The notes under the pieces were generated by a model. The model worked only from the letters and a program-made list of their open reading frames with translations, was not told the DNA's origin and searched no databases. Below are positions 12,691-25,089 of a stretch of 64,000 bases of DNA, piece by piece; within the stretch, counting starts at the first letter, position 1, and every line of letters begins with the position of its first letter. A program made the translations under genes and the position numbers. The stretch is from Mobula hypostoma (taxonomy: Eukaryota): NCBI RefSeq assembly GCF_963921235.1, contig NC_086097.1, forward strand, positions 254,140,001 through 254,204,000, written 5' to 3'.

Positions 12691-12963
12691 AAATAAAAAA
12701 GTAAAGATACCGAAGAGTAGGATTGTTAGTGAATGAGTTTTTGTTAAGCATTGTGCTGTTTTGGAAAGTAGTAAGGTTCAAAACTGAGAAACAAACTTGG
12801 GAGAGGGGCGAGTTAGTTCAAACTGAAGTTTATCGTCATTCAACCATATACATATATACAGCTAAACGAAATAATGTTGCTCTTGGGCCAATATGTATAG
12901 ATATAGCATACAGCACATAAAATAGTATCAGCACAATAATGTTAACAGATAATAAAGAATATT

Positions 12964-15160
12964 AAACAGGAATTCTGCAGATGCTGGAAATTCAAGCAAC
13001 AGCAAAGTTCAAGCAAAGTTGCTGTTGAACGCAGCAGGCCAGGGAGCATCTCTAGGAAGAGGTACAGTCGACGTTTCAGGCTGAGACCCTTCATCAGGAC
13101 CAACTAAAGGAAGAGTTAGTAAGAGATTTGAAAGTGGGAGGGGGAAGGGGAGATCCAAAATGATAGGAGAAGACAGGAGGGGGGGGGGGATGGAGCCAAG
13201 AGCTGGACAGTTGATTGGCAAAAGGGATATGAGAGGATCATGGGACAGGAGGTCAGGGGAGAAAGACAAGGGGGGGGGAGAGAAACCCAGAGGATGGGCA
13301 AGGGGTATAGTCAGAGGGACGGAGGGAGAAAAAGGAGAGTGAGAGAAAGAATGTGTGTATAAAAATAAAGTAACAGATGGGGTACGAGGGGGAGGTGGGG
13401 CATTAGTGGAAGTTAGAGAAGTCGATGTTCATGCCATCAGGTTGGAGGTTACCCAGACGGAATATAAGGTGTTGTTCCTCCAACCTGAGTGTGGCTTCAT
13501 CTTGACAGTACAGGAGGCCGTGGATAGACATATCAGAATGGGAATGGGATGTGGAATTAAAATGTGTGGCCACTGGGAGATCCTGCTTTCTCTGGCGGAC
13601 AGAGCGTAGGTGTTCAGCAAAGCGGTCTCCCAGTCTGCGTCGGGTCTCACCAATATATAGAAGGCCACATCGGGAGCGCACCGGACGCAGTATATCACCC
13701 CAGCCGACTCACAGGTGAAGTGTCGCCTCACCTGGAAGGACTGTCTGAGGCCCTGAATGGTGGTAAGGGAGGAAGTGTAAGGGCATGTGTAGGACTTGTT
13801 CTGCTTACAAGGATAAGTGCCAGGAGGGAGATCAGTGGGGAGGGATGGGGGGGACGGATGGACAAGGGAGTTGCTTAGGGAGCGACCCCTGCGTAGGAAA
13901 GCGGGGTGGGGGGGGAGGGAAAGATGTGCTTAGTCGTGGGATCCCGTTGGAGGTGGCGGAAGTTATGGAGAATAATATGTTGGACCTGGAGGCTGGTGGG
14001 GTGTAGGTGAGGACCAGGGGAACCCTATTCCTAGTGGGGTGGCGGGAGGATGGAGTGAGAGCAGATGTGCGTGAAATGGGGGAGATGTGTTTGACAGCAG
14101 AGTTGTTGGTGGAGGAAGGGAAGCCCCTTTCTTTAAAAAAGGAGGACATCTCCCTCGTCCTGGAATGAAAAGCCTCATCCTGAGAGCAGATGCAGCGGAG
14201 ACGGAGGAATTGCGAGAAGGGGATGGCATTTTTGCAAGAGACAGGGTGAGAAGAGGAATAGTCCAGATAGCTGTGAGAGTCAGTAGGCTTATAGTCGACA
14301 TCAGTTGATAAGCTGTCTCCAGAGACAGAAATATCTAGAAAGGGGAGGGAGGTGTTGGAAATGGACCAGGTAAACTTGAGGGCAGGGTGAAAGTTGGAGG
14401 CAAAGTTAATGAAGTCAACGAGCTCTGCATGCGTGCAGGAAGCAGCGCCAATGCAGTCGTCAATGTAGCGAAGGAAAAGTGGGGGTTAGATACCAGAATA
14501 GGTACGGAACATAGATTGTTCCACAAAGCCAACAAAAAGGCAGGCATAGCTAGGACCCATACAGGTACCCGTAGCTACACCTTTAGTTTGGAGGAAGTGG
14601 GAGGAGCCAAAGGAGAAATTATTAAGAGTAAGGACTAATTCTGCTAGATGGAGCAAAGTGGTGGTAGAGGGGAACTGATTAGGTCTGGAATCCAAAAAGA
14701 AGCGGAGAGCTTTGAGACCTTCCTGATGGGGGATGGAAGTATATAGGGACTGGACATCCATGGTGAAAATAAAACGGTGAGGGCCAGGGAACTTAAAATG
14801 ATCAAATGGTTTAAGAGCGTGAGAAGTATCACGAACATAGGTAGGAAGGGATTGAACAAGGGGGGATAAAACCGTGTCGAGGTAGTCAAAAACGAGTTCG
14901 GTGGGGCAGGAGCAAGCTGAGACAATAGGTCTGCCAGGACAGGCAGGTTTGTGGATCTTGGGTAGGAGGTAGAAACGGGAAGTGCGAGGTGTGGGAACTA
15001 TAAGGTTGGTAGCAGTGGATGGGAGATCCCTGAGTGGGTAAAGTCGGTGATAGTGTGGGAGACAATGGCCTGGTGCTCCTTAGTGGGGTCACGATCGAGG
15101 GGTAAATAAGAGGGGGTATCCGTGAGTTGTCGCTGTGCCTCGGCAAGGTAGAGGTCAGTA
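12964..15160 (-). mobile_element. Penelope-like element (Neptune-type), 5'-truncated, same family as 5797-7822 in opposite orientation
   Basis: MDVQSLYTSIPH, GVATGTCMGPSYACLFVG, LRYIDDC and GIY-YIG GVIYCVRC..LLYIGETRRRLGDRFAEH. Several frameshifts. Complete pLTR end at 12964. Confidence 0.9.
13066..13101 (-). ncRNA. Minimal type I hammerhead ribozyme (intact core), antisense to host gene
   Basis: Reverse complement reads GGTC-CTGATGA-AGGGTCTCAGCCT-GAAACGTC-GACT. Confidence 0.7.
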
Positions 15161-15639
15161 TGCCAGACTACAACCTCGGCAAGGTAGAGGTCAAGGTAGA
15201 GAAAATATTCTCTAGATGTACAAGTTGCCATAAAGTGCATATACAGCACATAGTTAAATATACAGCAGTATAATGTCACTGGCGTTGTCATAAATGATGT
15301 CTGCTTGGTGCAATCCATCTGCAGCCTCAAATCCTAACATTCTGCTTGTTATCACCAAAGAGAGTTTAGAAATATCACTTAAATATTTGGACCATTTTCT
15401 TCAGTTTTTTTGCCTGTACATTCATTTGGATTTTTATTTTATTTGGAGATATGGCACAGTAACACACCCTTCGGGCCCAGTGAGCCTACGCTGCCCAAAT
15501 GTCCACCCAAATGTCTTTGCAGTTCAGTTTTTAAATTTTATTTTAATTATCTAATTTGGAGGGTCAAGATGGTGGCTGGCTCTTATGGCTTAAAAGCCCA
15601 GCCACCCAATTACAACTATATGTCTTTGAAGTCTGAGCC

Positions 15640-16340
15640 TGAGGCCTCCGTCAGTCAGAGTTGACCATGGCTGTTGCTTCCTAGCTGTCTAGATACACAC
15701 GCCAGGGCAGTACGATATGGAGAGCAAGCTGTTGCCCGTGTAGAAAACTCCCCCTCTCCACACATCTGATGAACCCAAAGGAACAGCAGAGATCAATATA
15801 TTTTGGTCTCAGCAGCGTCGCAGGAATTGTCAATCAGCATTGAACTCAATGTAGAACTGCTTTAGGGACGCTAGCTCTGGATTTTCCCTTGGGGTTTACT
15901 CCCAGAGCCTTCCCATGAGTGGGTATTGTCACAAGGCAACGGAGTTTGAGATCACCATGAGACAAAGGAGCAGAAGTCGGCCATTCGGCCCATCGAGTCT
16001 GCTCCGCCATTTTATCATGAGCTGATCCATTCTCCCGTTTAGTCCCACTCCCCCGCCTTAATAAAGAAATCATAGTTTTCTTTCTCCGAGGTGAGTTACC
16101 GGCCACAGCTGAAGAGCCCGATCTGCTCCAAGCGACTGGTTTTCAGGCGATAGTAGCCCACCTTTGCCCCTTCTGCTGTCAGTAGGTACATTTCTGCTGA
16201 GCTTAGTAGCTAGGCCAAACGTGTTGGCCAGCAGCTGGACTTGGTTCTCAGAGGCTATTTAAGGTGCATGCCATTGGGAGCACTTAATAGGTAGTGGGAC
16301 CTTGTCCTCATTACCACTCCCAGCTATAACAACCTTAAAG
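15640..16340 (-). mobile_element. Non-autonomous RTE/Vingi-UTR-like repeat (related copies ~35540-36030 and ~58020-58390), interrupted by a ~100-bp CR1 3' end at ~15955-16060
   Basis: Shared blocks ctccccctctccac..ccaaaggaa and ttagggac..agctc.ggattt..gggtttactccc.aagcct..caaggcaacggag in all three copies. Confidence 0.55.
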
Positions 16341-16459
16341 AACATCCTTATGTCTTTGAAGTATATTTTGAAATTTTACTTCTGTTATTTAATTTGGACA
16401 TACACCAGGATAACAGGCCCCTCTGGTTGAACAATCCTGCGCTGTCCAGTTATAGCCCT

Positions 16460-16685
16460 GTTACTTCTTTAGGCCCATCACCCCGACTGGGACGTAGGCC
16501 GCTGACCATAGCTCGCCATGGTACTTTGTCCCGGGCCAGTCTTACATGTTGTCTCCAGGCGTAGCCCATCCTGTTGGTGTATCCTTCCTCTCCCAGGAAT
16601 GAGGTTTTTGGAGCATCTGGGTTTTTACGGGATAGGGTTGCTAGCTGCATGCCCAACCCTCCTCCTTTCACAGTCGGTGTGGGAC
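16460..16685 (-). mobile_element. Bipartite non-autonomous RTE-derived element inside a SINE
   Basis: RTE 5'UTR-like GGGTTGGGCATGCAGCTAGCAACCCTATCCCGTAAAAA is fused directly to RTE C-terminal-like LARDKVPWRAMVSGLRP. Confidence 0.55.
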
Positions 16686-17090
16686 CATCCTTTTGGCCCA
16701 ACGAGCCTGTGCTGCCCAATTACACCCATGTGACCAATTAACCCTTTGGACTGTGGGAGGAAATCAGAGTACTAGAGTCACGGAGAGAACTTGCTAACTC
16801 CTTACAGAAAGCCATGGATATTGAGCCCGGAACTTTGGTGTTCTAATAGTTTTATACTAATGTGCCGCTCTATACTCAGTTCTCAGCGGTCTCTCAGATG
16901 TTGTTGACTTTGAGCAGGGCTTTTCTCAAAGCTCGGTGGGTAAATCCATTGTCTGATGTGCTGCTGAGCTCTGTGGCTGGGGATATGCATGTGCAGGTCA
17001 GTTTGTGTGTCTGTCTTAGGTTAAAGAGGTGGAGGTTGGAGTTCTCTGCAGTTCTAATGGCGCAGAGTGTACCATTCCCCCGCTCTGAAA

Positions 17091-17298
17091 ACACACACAA
17101 CATACTGCAGGAATTCAGCTGGTCAGGCAGCATCCACGGAAAGGAATAAATAGTCAGTGTCTCAGTCTGAGACCCTTCATTGGCCGAAACATCGTTTGGT
17201 TATTCTTTTCCATTGATGCTGCCTGACATGCTGAGTTCCTGAAGCATTCTGGTGTGTGTTAATCTGGATCTCCAGTACCTGCAGAATCATCTTGTGTT
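17091..17298. mobile_element. Old fold-back mini-insertion of PLE pLTR sequence (inverted pair with degenerate hammerhead halves)
   Basis: Left arm acacacacaacatactgcaggaattcagc..gagacccttcat and right arm ggccgaaacatcg..gctgagttcc..gtgtgtgtt. Flanked by ccYgctctgaaa on both sides. Confidence 0.6.
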
Positions 17299-20200
17299 CC
17301 TGCTCTGAAAGCTCTGTGCACAGTTCTGAAAGCAAAACCACTAGACAAGCTGCTGAAAGCCTGTTGTTATATAGGAACTGCACCACACCATGAGTTGCTA
17401 TCATCAGAAGAGTGGGCTAAAAAACAATAAAAAAGCAATCTCAGCTGTTTGATCGGGGCACGACTGCGCTGGCATGTGGACATCAGCCAATGAGAACAGC
17501 GAGAAGAGTTGAAAAGGAGACAGCCGTATAGAGTGGGCGACTAAGTAGAGGGAGACACAGTAGGAAGGCTTTGGCTCAACGGGGCTTAGGCGTTAACAGG
17601 ATCAAGGCAAGGGATGTTCCCTGTGTAGAATAGAGACAGGAAGAATGTGTGTGAGGCCAGTTTCCTGTGCTTGGTGCCAGATGTGGGAGGTCTGGGAGAC
17701 TCCCAGCCTTCCGGATGGCCGCATTGAGCTGCAGCTCCTTAGGGACCGTGTTAGGGAACTGGAAATGCAGCTCGATGACCTTTGTCTGGTCAGGAAGAGT
17801 GAGGAGGTGATAGAGAGGAGCTCTAGGCAGGTAGTCACACCGGGACCTTGAGAAACAGTTAAGTGGGTAACTTATTAAAGGAGAGGGAAGGGCAGGTGAG
17901 AGGCTACAGAGTACCCCTGTGGCTGTCCCCCTTGACAATAAGTACTCCAGCTTGAGTACTGTTGGGCGTGAAAGCGTACCTCGGGGAAGCAACAGTGGCT
18001 GCGCCTCTGGCACAGAGTCTGGCCCTGTGGCTCAGAAGGGCAGGGAAAGGAAGAGGATGGCAGCAGTGATAGGGGGCTGTATAGTTAGGGGGTCAGACAG
18101 GGGATTCTGTGGACGAAAGAAGTAAACACGGATGGTAGTTTGCCTCCCAGGTGCCAGGGTCCGGGATGTTTCTGATCGCGTCCAAGATATCCTGAAGTGG
18201 GAAGGGGAACAGCCAGAGATCGTGCTACATATTGGTGCTAATGACATAGGTGGGAAAAGGGAGGAAGTCCTGAAAGCAGACTACAGGGAGTTTGGAAGGA
18301 AGTTGAGAAGCAGGACTGTAAAGGTAGTCATCTTGGGATTACTGCCTGTGCCACGCGATAGTGAGTACAGGAATAGAGTTAGGTGGAGGATAAATGCGTG
18401 GCTGAGGGTTTGGAGCAGGGAACAGGGATTCAGATTTCTGGATAATTGGGACCTCTTGGGGCAGGAGTGACCTGTACAAAAAGGACGGGTTGCACTTGAA
18501 TCCCAGAGGGACCAATATCCTGGCGGGGAGATTTGCAAAGGCTGTTGGGGAGAATTCAGCCTAGGATTAATGAGGGGTGGGAACCAAACTGAAGAGATGG
18601 AGGAAGAGGCGGTTGGCTCACAAATAGAGAAAGCTTGGAGACAGTGTGAGAGGGAGGATAGGTAGGTGATCGAGAAGGACGCGCTCAGCGTGGATCAGTA
18701 CTTAGAGCTATGATGTTGTGGCCATAACAGAGACTTGGATGGCTCAGGGGCAGGAATGGTTACTTCAAGTGTCAGGCTTTAGATGTTTCAAAAAGGACAG
18801 GGAGGCAAAAGAGGTGGGGGCGTGGCACTGTTGATCAGAGATAGTGTCACGACCGTAGTAAAGGAGGGAGACGTGGAGGGATTGTCTACGGAGTCTCTGT
18901 GGGTGGAAGTTAGGAACAGGAAAAGGTCAATAACTGGACTGAGTGTTTTTTATAGACCACCCAATAGTAACAGAGACATCGAGGAGCAGATAGGGAGCCA
19001 GATTCTGGAAAGGTGTAATAATAACAGGGTTGTCTTGGTGGGAGATTTTAATTTCCCAGCTATTGATTGGCGTGTCCCTAGATCGAGGGGTTTAGATGGG
19101 GTGGAGTTTGATAGGTGTGTTCAGAAAGGTTACTTGACACAATATGTAGATAAGCCTACAAGAGACTGTACTTGATCTGGTATTGGAAAATGAACCTGGT
19201 CAGGTGTCAGATCTCTCAGTGGGAGAGCATTTTGGAGATAGTGATCATAACTCTATCTCCTTTACCATGGCATTGGAGGGGAATAGGAACAGACAAGTTA
19301 GGAAAGCGTTTAATTGGAGTAAGGGGAAATATGAGGCTATCAGGCAGGAACTTGGAAGCATAAATTGGGAGCAGATGTTCTCAGGGAAATGTACAGAAGA
19401 AATGTGAGAAATGTTCAGGGGATATTTGCATGGAGTTCTGCGTAGGTACGTTCCAATGAGACAGGGAAGGGATGGTAGGGGACAAGAACCGTGTTGTACA
19501 AAGGTTATTGTAAATCTAGTCAAGAAGAAAAGAAGAACTGAAGAAAGGTTCAAAAAGCAAGGTAATGATAGAGAGCTAGAAGGTTATAAGGCTAGCAGGA
19601 AGGAACTAAAGAAAGAAATTAGGGGAGCCAGAAGGGGCCATGAAAAGGCCTTGGCGATCAGGATTAAGGAAAACCCCAAGGTATTCTACAAGTATGTGAA
19701 GAGCAGGAGGATAAGATGTGAGAGAATAGGACCAATCAAGTGTGACAGTGGAAAACTGTGTATGGAACCGGAGGGGATAGCGGAGGTACTTAATGAGTAC
19801 TTCGCTTCAGTATTAACTAAGGAAAAGGATCTTGGCGATTATGGTAATGACTTACAGTGGACTGAAAAGCTTGAGCATGTAGATATTAAGAAAGAGGATG
19901 TGCTGGAGCTTTTGGAAAACATCAAGTTGGATAAGTCACTGGGACCGGACAAGATGTACCCCAGGCTACTGTGGGAGGCAAGGGTGGAGATTGCTGAGCC
20001 TCTGGCGATGATCTTTGCATCATCAATGGGGACGTGAGAGGTTCTGGAGGATTGGAGGGTTGCAGATGTTGTTCCTTTATCCAAGAAAGGGAGTAGAGAT
20101 AGCCCAGGAAATTATAGACCAGTGAGTCTTACCTCAGTGGTTGGTAAGTTGATGGAGAAGATCCTGAGAGGCAGGATTTATGAAGATTTGGAGAGGTATA

Positions 20201-21046
20201 ATATGATTAGGAATAGTCAGCACGGCTTTGTCATGGGCAGGTCGTGCTTTACGAGCCTGATTGAATTTTTTGAAGATGTGACTAAACACATTGATGAAGG
20301 AAGAGCAGTAGATGTAGTGTATATGGATTTCAGCAAGGCATTTGATAAGGTACGCCATGCAAGGCTTATTGAGAAAGTAAGGAAGTATGGGATCCAAGGG
20401 GACCTTGTTTTGTGGATCCAGAACTGGCTTGCCCACAGAGGGCAAAGAAGTCATTGCACACGGGTCATACTCTGCACAGCGGTCGGTCACCAGCAGAGTG
20501 CCTCAGGGATCTGTTCTGGGACCCCTACTCTTCGTGATTTTTATAAATGACCTGGATGAGGAAGTGAAGGGATGGGTTAGTAAGTTTGCTGATGACACAA
20601 AGGTTGGGGGTGTTGTGGATAGTGTGGAGGGCTGTCAGAGGTTACAGCGGGACATTGATAGGATGCAAAACTGGGCTGAGAAGTGGCAGATGGAGTTCAA
20701 CCCAGATAGGAGTGAGGTGGTTCATTTTGGTATGTCAAATATGATGGCAGAATGTAGTATTAATGGTGAGACTGTTGGCAGTGTGGAGGATCAGAGGGAT
20801 CTTGGGGTCTGAGTCCATAGGACACTATGAAAGCTGCTGCTCAGGTTGACTCTGTAGTTAAGAAGGTGTACGGTGCATTGGCCTTCGTCAATCATGGGAC
20901 TGAGTTTAGGAGCGGAGAAGTAATGTTGCAGCTATTTAGGACCCTGGTCACGCCCACTTGGAGTACTGTGCTCAGTTCTGGTTGCCTCACTATAGGAAGG
21001 ATGTGGAAACCATAGAAAGGGTGCAGACGAGATTTACAAGCATGTT

Positions 21047-21270
21047 ACATACATCAAAGTTGCTGGTGAACGCAGCAGGCCAAGCAGCATCTATAGGAAG
21101 AGGCGCAGTCGACGTTTCAGGCCGAGACCCTTCGTCAGGAGTCCTGACGAAGGGTCTCGGCCTGAAACGTCGACTGCGCCTCTTCCTATAGATGCTGCTT
21201 GGCCTGCTGCGTTCACCAGCAACTTTGATGTATGTTGCTTGAATTTCCAGCATCTGCAGAATTCCTGTTG
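21047..21270. mobile_element. 224-bp PLE-pLTR-derived fold-back insertion: perfect 94-bp inverted repeat plus 35-bp tail, 14-bp TSD
   Basis: Arms 21047-21140 and 21142-21235 are exact reverse complements around a single G. TSD TTTACAAGCATGTT at 21033-46 and 21271-84. Interrupts CR1 ORF2. Confidence 0.93.
21140..21175 (+). ncRNA. Minimal type I hammerhead ribozyme (intact core), sense to host gene; mirrored core on the minus strand at ~21107-21140
   Basis: AGTC-CTGACGA-AGGGTCTCGGCCT-GAAACGTC^GACT. Stem I AGTC/GACT, CUGANGA and GAAA boxes, palindromic ACGU in place of stem III. Predicted cut between 21171 and 21172. Confidence 0.72.
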
Positions 21271-22073
21271 TTTACAAGCATGTTGCCTGGATTGGGGAGC
21301 ATGCCTTACGAGAACAGGTTGAGTGAACTCAGCCTTTTTTCGTTGGTGTGACGGAGGATGAGAGGTGATCTGATAGAGGTATATAAGATGATGAGAGGCA
21401 TTGATCGTGTGGATAGAAGCTTTTTCTTTGGGCTGAAATGGCTATCACAAGAGGGTACAGTTTTAAGGTGCTTGGAAGTAGGTATAGAGGAGATGTCAGG
21501 GGTAAGTTTTTTTACACAGAGTGCTGAGTGCGTGGAATGGGCTGCCGGCAGCGGTGGTGGAGGCAGATGCGATAAGGTCTTTTAAGAGACTCCTGGACAT
21601 GTATATGGAGCTCAGTAAAATAGAGGGCTGTGGGTAACCCTAGGTAATTTTTCAGGTAAGGACATGTTCGGCACAGCTTTATGGGCTGAAGGGCCTGTAT
21701 TGTGCTGTAGATTTTCTCTGTTTCTGTAAAATCTGGAAAATTGAGCTGGAATTGATAGATAAAAAATTGTGTAGTCTTGTGGTTTCTATTAAGGAGAGAA
21801 AGTTATTATTATAAATGATTCCATAGAAAACTGTGTCAAAGCAAGTTTGATGTTGAAATATTTGCTAATGTCTTGGCCACGTGCCCACAGAGCTGTATGT
21901 ATGCTTAATCTGTGGAGTTCATTGCCACAGGTGGCTGTGGGGGCCAAGTCAGTGGGTATAAAGGCAGAGGTTGATAGGCTCTTAAGTAGTCAGGATTTCA
22001 AAGGTCATGAGAAGAAGGCAGGAGAATGGGGTTGAGAGGAATAATAAATCAGCCATCATGGAATGGCATAGAG

Positions 22074-22304
22074 CAGTGGTCCCCAACCACTGGGCCACAG
22101 AGATGTGCTACCGGGCTGCGTGGAAATGATATGATTTGGCAATATCAAACGATATGAGTCAGCTGCATCTTTCCTCATTCCCTGTCAAGCACTGTTGAAC
22201 TTGAACACCCGCCGCCACCCCCCCCCGCGACCCCGTCAGCCGGTCCGCAAGAATATCGTCAATATTAAACCGGTTTGCGGTGCGCAAAAGGTTGGGGACC
22301 ACTG
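22074..22304. mobile_element. hAT-superfamily MITE (231 bp) inserted in a CR1 3' UTR
   Basis: Perfect 15-bp TIRs CAGTGGTCCCCAACC / GGTTGGGGACCACTG. 8-bp TSD GCATAGAG / GCACAGAG (1 mismatch). Confidence 0.9.
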
Positions 22305-22439
22305 GCACAGAGGACTTGATGGGTCGTGTGACCCAATTCTGCTCCTGTGTCTTATGGTCTTTTAAGTTCTTGGTTCTTTTGACTTGATGTAACCACAATA
22401 CACATTTTCTCCTTCGTATCTCCTATCTATTCCTTTTAG

Positions 22440-22491
22440 CATGCTGGTGATTTTCACAGCTTCTGTCATCTTACTGTGGAATATCTTTAAG
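22440..22491 (+). CDS. TMEM241: TMEM241 exon (52 nt), (S)MLVIFTASVILLWNIFK, hydrophobic TM segment
   Basis: tccttttAG acceptor and AAG|GTAAGA donor. Phase 2/0. Corresponds positionally to human ALLLLAAAGCLPFNDSQ (recalled). Confidence 0.82.
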
Positions 22492-22869
22492 GTAAGAGAT
22501 CATCTCTGTCCCATCTACTATTTTCCCCTGTCAATATATTTAAATATGTTAAAAGGTGCAAATGTGTTCAAATTTAAAAAATCATTATGTATGATGTGCA
22601 TTTTTTGCTGTGTTTTGGTTTGGGTTCTGATGCTGTCATTTTGAAAGGAAGTAGTTTGTTAGCCTTTATTTCAGTGAGTTGGAGTAGAAGAGAGAGGTGT
22701 GCAGATACACTAATTACCTCCTGTGCCTAATAAAATGGGCACTGAGTGTATGTCCATGGTCTTCTGCACACCATTGACCAACTAATCTACCCGATACGCC
22801 TCTGGATTGTGGGAAGAAACCAGAGCATTGGGGAAAACCCATGCTCTGCGGTTACCGCTATGCTACTGT

Positions 22870-24470
22870 GAAATCCATTATTATTTATTTGTTACATCTT
22901 CCTGTCAGCTTGAACCAGTCTGCCCATTCTTCTCTGACCTCTCTCATTAAAAAGGCATTTTCATCTACAGAACTGCCACTCACTGGACATTTTTTGTTTT
23001 TTTTTTGTAAATGTAGAATGTAGTCTGTGAAAATCCCAGGAAATTACAATTTCTGAATTACTCAAACCAATAATACTCGAGGTGAAAGATGAAATAGTTA
23101 AGGGGATTTTCATTCAGAGGGTCATGAGAGTGTGGAATGAGCTGCCAGCACAAGTGGTGCATGCGAGCTCGATTTCAAGTTTAAGAGAAGTTTGGACAGA
23201 TGCATATATGGGAGGGGAATGGAGGGCTATGGTCCCTGTGCAGGTCGATGGGAGTAGGCAGTTCGGCATGGAGTAGATGGGCTGATGGGCCTGTTTCTGT
23301 GTTATGACACTATGGCACCCTGTCTTGCACGATCAGAGTCACTTTGATCACCTTTTTTCCCCATTATCATGTTCCATGTGAACAACTGAACCTCTTGACT
23401 ACATCTGCATGCTTTTATGCACTGAGTTGCTGCCACATGATTGGCGGATTAAATATTTGCATTAAGGCCATAAGATACAGGAGCAGAATTAGGCCATTTG
23501 GCCCATTCTGCTCCATCGTTTCATCATGGCTGATCCAATTCTCCCCTCAGTCTCAATCTTCTGCCTTCTCCCCATATCCCTTCTTACTCTGACCAATCAA
23601 GAATCTATACATCCCTGCCTTAAATAGACATAAAGACGGCCTCTACAACTGCCTGTGACAAAACATTCCATAGATTCACCACCCTCTGGCAAAGGAAATT
23701 GCTCCTCATCTCCATTCTAAAAGGAGGCCTCTTTGTTCTTTGTCCTCTGGTCTTAGACTCTCCCACCATAGGAAGTATCCTCTCCACATCCACTCTATCA
23801 AGGCCTTTCAACATTCCATAGGTTTCAGTGAGGTCACCCCTCATTCTTCTGAATTTTAATGAATGCAGACCCAGAGCCATCAGACGCTCTTTATACGACA
23901 AGCCCTTCAATCCTGGAATCATTTTCATGAACTGCCTTTGAACCCTCTCCAGATTCAGCACATTCTATCTAAGATAAATGAGCCCAAACCTGTTCACAAT
24001 ATTTTAAGTGAGGTCTCACCAGTGCTTTATAAAGTTTCAGCATTACATCCTTGCTTTTATATTCTAGTCCTCTTGAAATGAATGCTAATATTGCATTTTC
24101 CTTCCTCACCATAAACTCAACCTGCAAATTAACCTTTAGGGAATCCTACACAATGACTCCCAAGTAGCTTTGTGTCTCAGTTTTTTGTGTTTTCTCCATT
24201 TAGAAAATAGTCAACCCTTTCATTTCTTCTACCAGTGCATGACCATACACTTCCTGACACTGTATTCCATCTGCCATTTCCTTGTCCATTCTCCTAATCT
24301 CTCAGTCCTTCAGTTGTCTCTCTACTTCCTCAAAACTACTTGCCCCTCCACCTAGCTTCATATCATCTGCAAATTTTTGAAGCAAAGCCATCAATTCCAT
24401 CATCAAAATCATGTCTATTTGGATGATTAATAAATTTATTAGGTACAGGTGTACCTAATAAAGTGGCGTT
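22870..24470. mobile_element. Tc1/mariner-like DNA transposon remnant split by CR1 insertions (~23080-23310 + and ~23466-24415 -)
   Basis: Terminal-like motif caggtgtacctaataaagtggc (24447), also seen at ~22721 and ~34793. The CR1 inserts are identified by FIQRVMRVWNELP and LERVQRQFMKMIPG. Confidence 0.5.
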
Positions 24471-25089
24471 GGGTGTGGTGCTATCGTGGCTGGAATACTG
24501 TGTGTCCCGTCTGGGTCTGCTTGCCTAAGGATGGATAGGAAATACAAAAACAAAGATGTACGAGATTGATTACTGAGATGGAGTGAGATTGATTTATTTT
24601 TCAAAGGTCACCAGAATAAACAGTTACCTAATTAAATTTTGAAGGGGCGTGACAGGAAAGATACTATTTGTGGTCAGTGGCAGAATATGGACCAGTAAGG
24701 ATGTAAAATTCTTCCCTCAGTTTGTTTTGAATCTGAGAAAATGAATCTCAGGGTGACATACTGTATATGCTGGATGTACCTTGATAACAAATTTACTTTG
24801 GGTTTTCAGCGTACAAGATATTCAGAGAAATAAGGGGAAGAAAGGAAGTGTGCAACAGTGCAAGGTGATTTGGGCAACGTTATAAAACAACGTTTCTGCC
24901 ATGTGGAAAAGTTGGCCAGTTCCCAACCATGGATCCCTTAACCTTACCAGGGCTGCCTGTATATGCCTGCTTTACTGTTGCTCTTCGTTAAACCTTTGCC
25001 ATTTTTCCTCTTTCCTTAACTTCACTACCTTTAATTGGGCTTTTTCTGTCTAATTAAAATTACCTTCCCTTTAACACTTACTGTTACAG

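Larger units (their letters stand above)
17450..21727 (+). mobile_element. Near full-length but inactivated CR1 LINE: 5'UTR, ORF1 (Zn-finger/coiled coil/SGNH esterase), ORF2 (APE + RT), 3' tail
   Basis: ORF1: CAWCQMWE, LQLLRDRVRELEMQLDDL, AVIGGCIVRG, VLHIGAND, DGLHLN. ORF2: RGGGVALLI, FYRPPNS, VGDFNFP, DHNSISF, YMDFSKAFDKV, VPQGSVLGP, KFADDTK. Stops and frameshifts, a deletion at the ORF1/ORF2 boundary (~18690), and a tttctctgtttctgt tail. Confidence 0.92.

Noticed and set aside
22451..22459. Alternative acceptor ttttcacAG inside the 52-nt exon
   Set aside because: Its use would break the frame with the adjacent exons. The upstream AG at 22438-39 gives the expected length.
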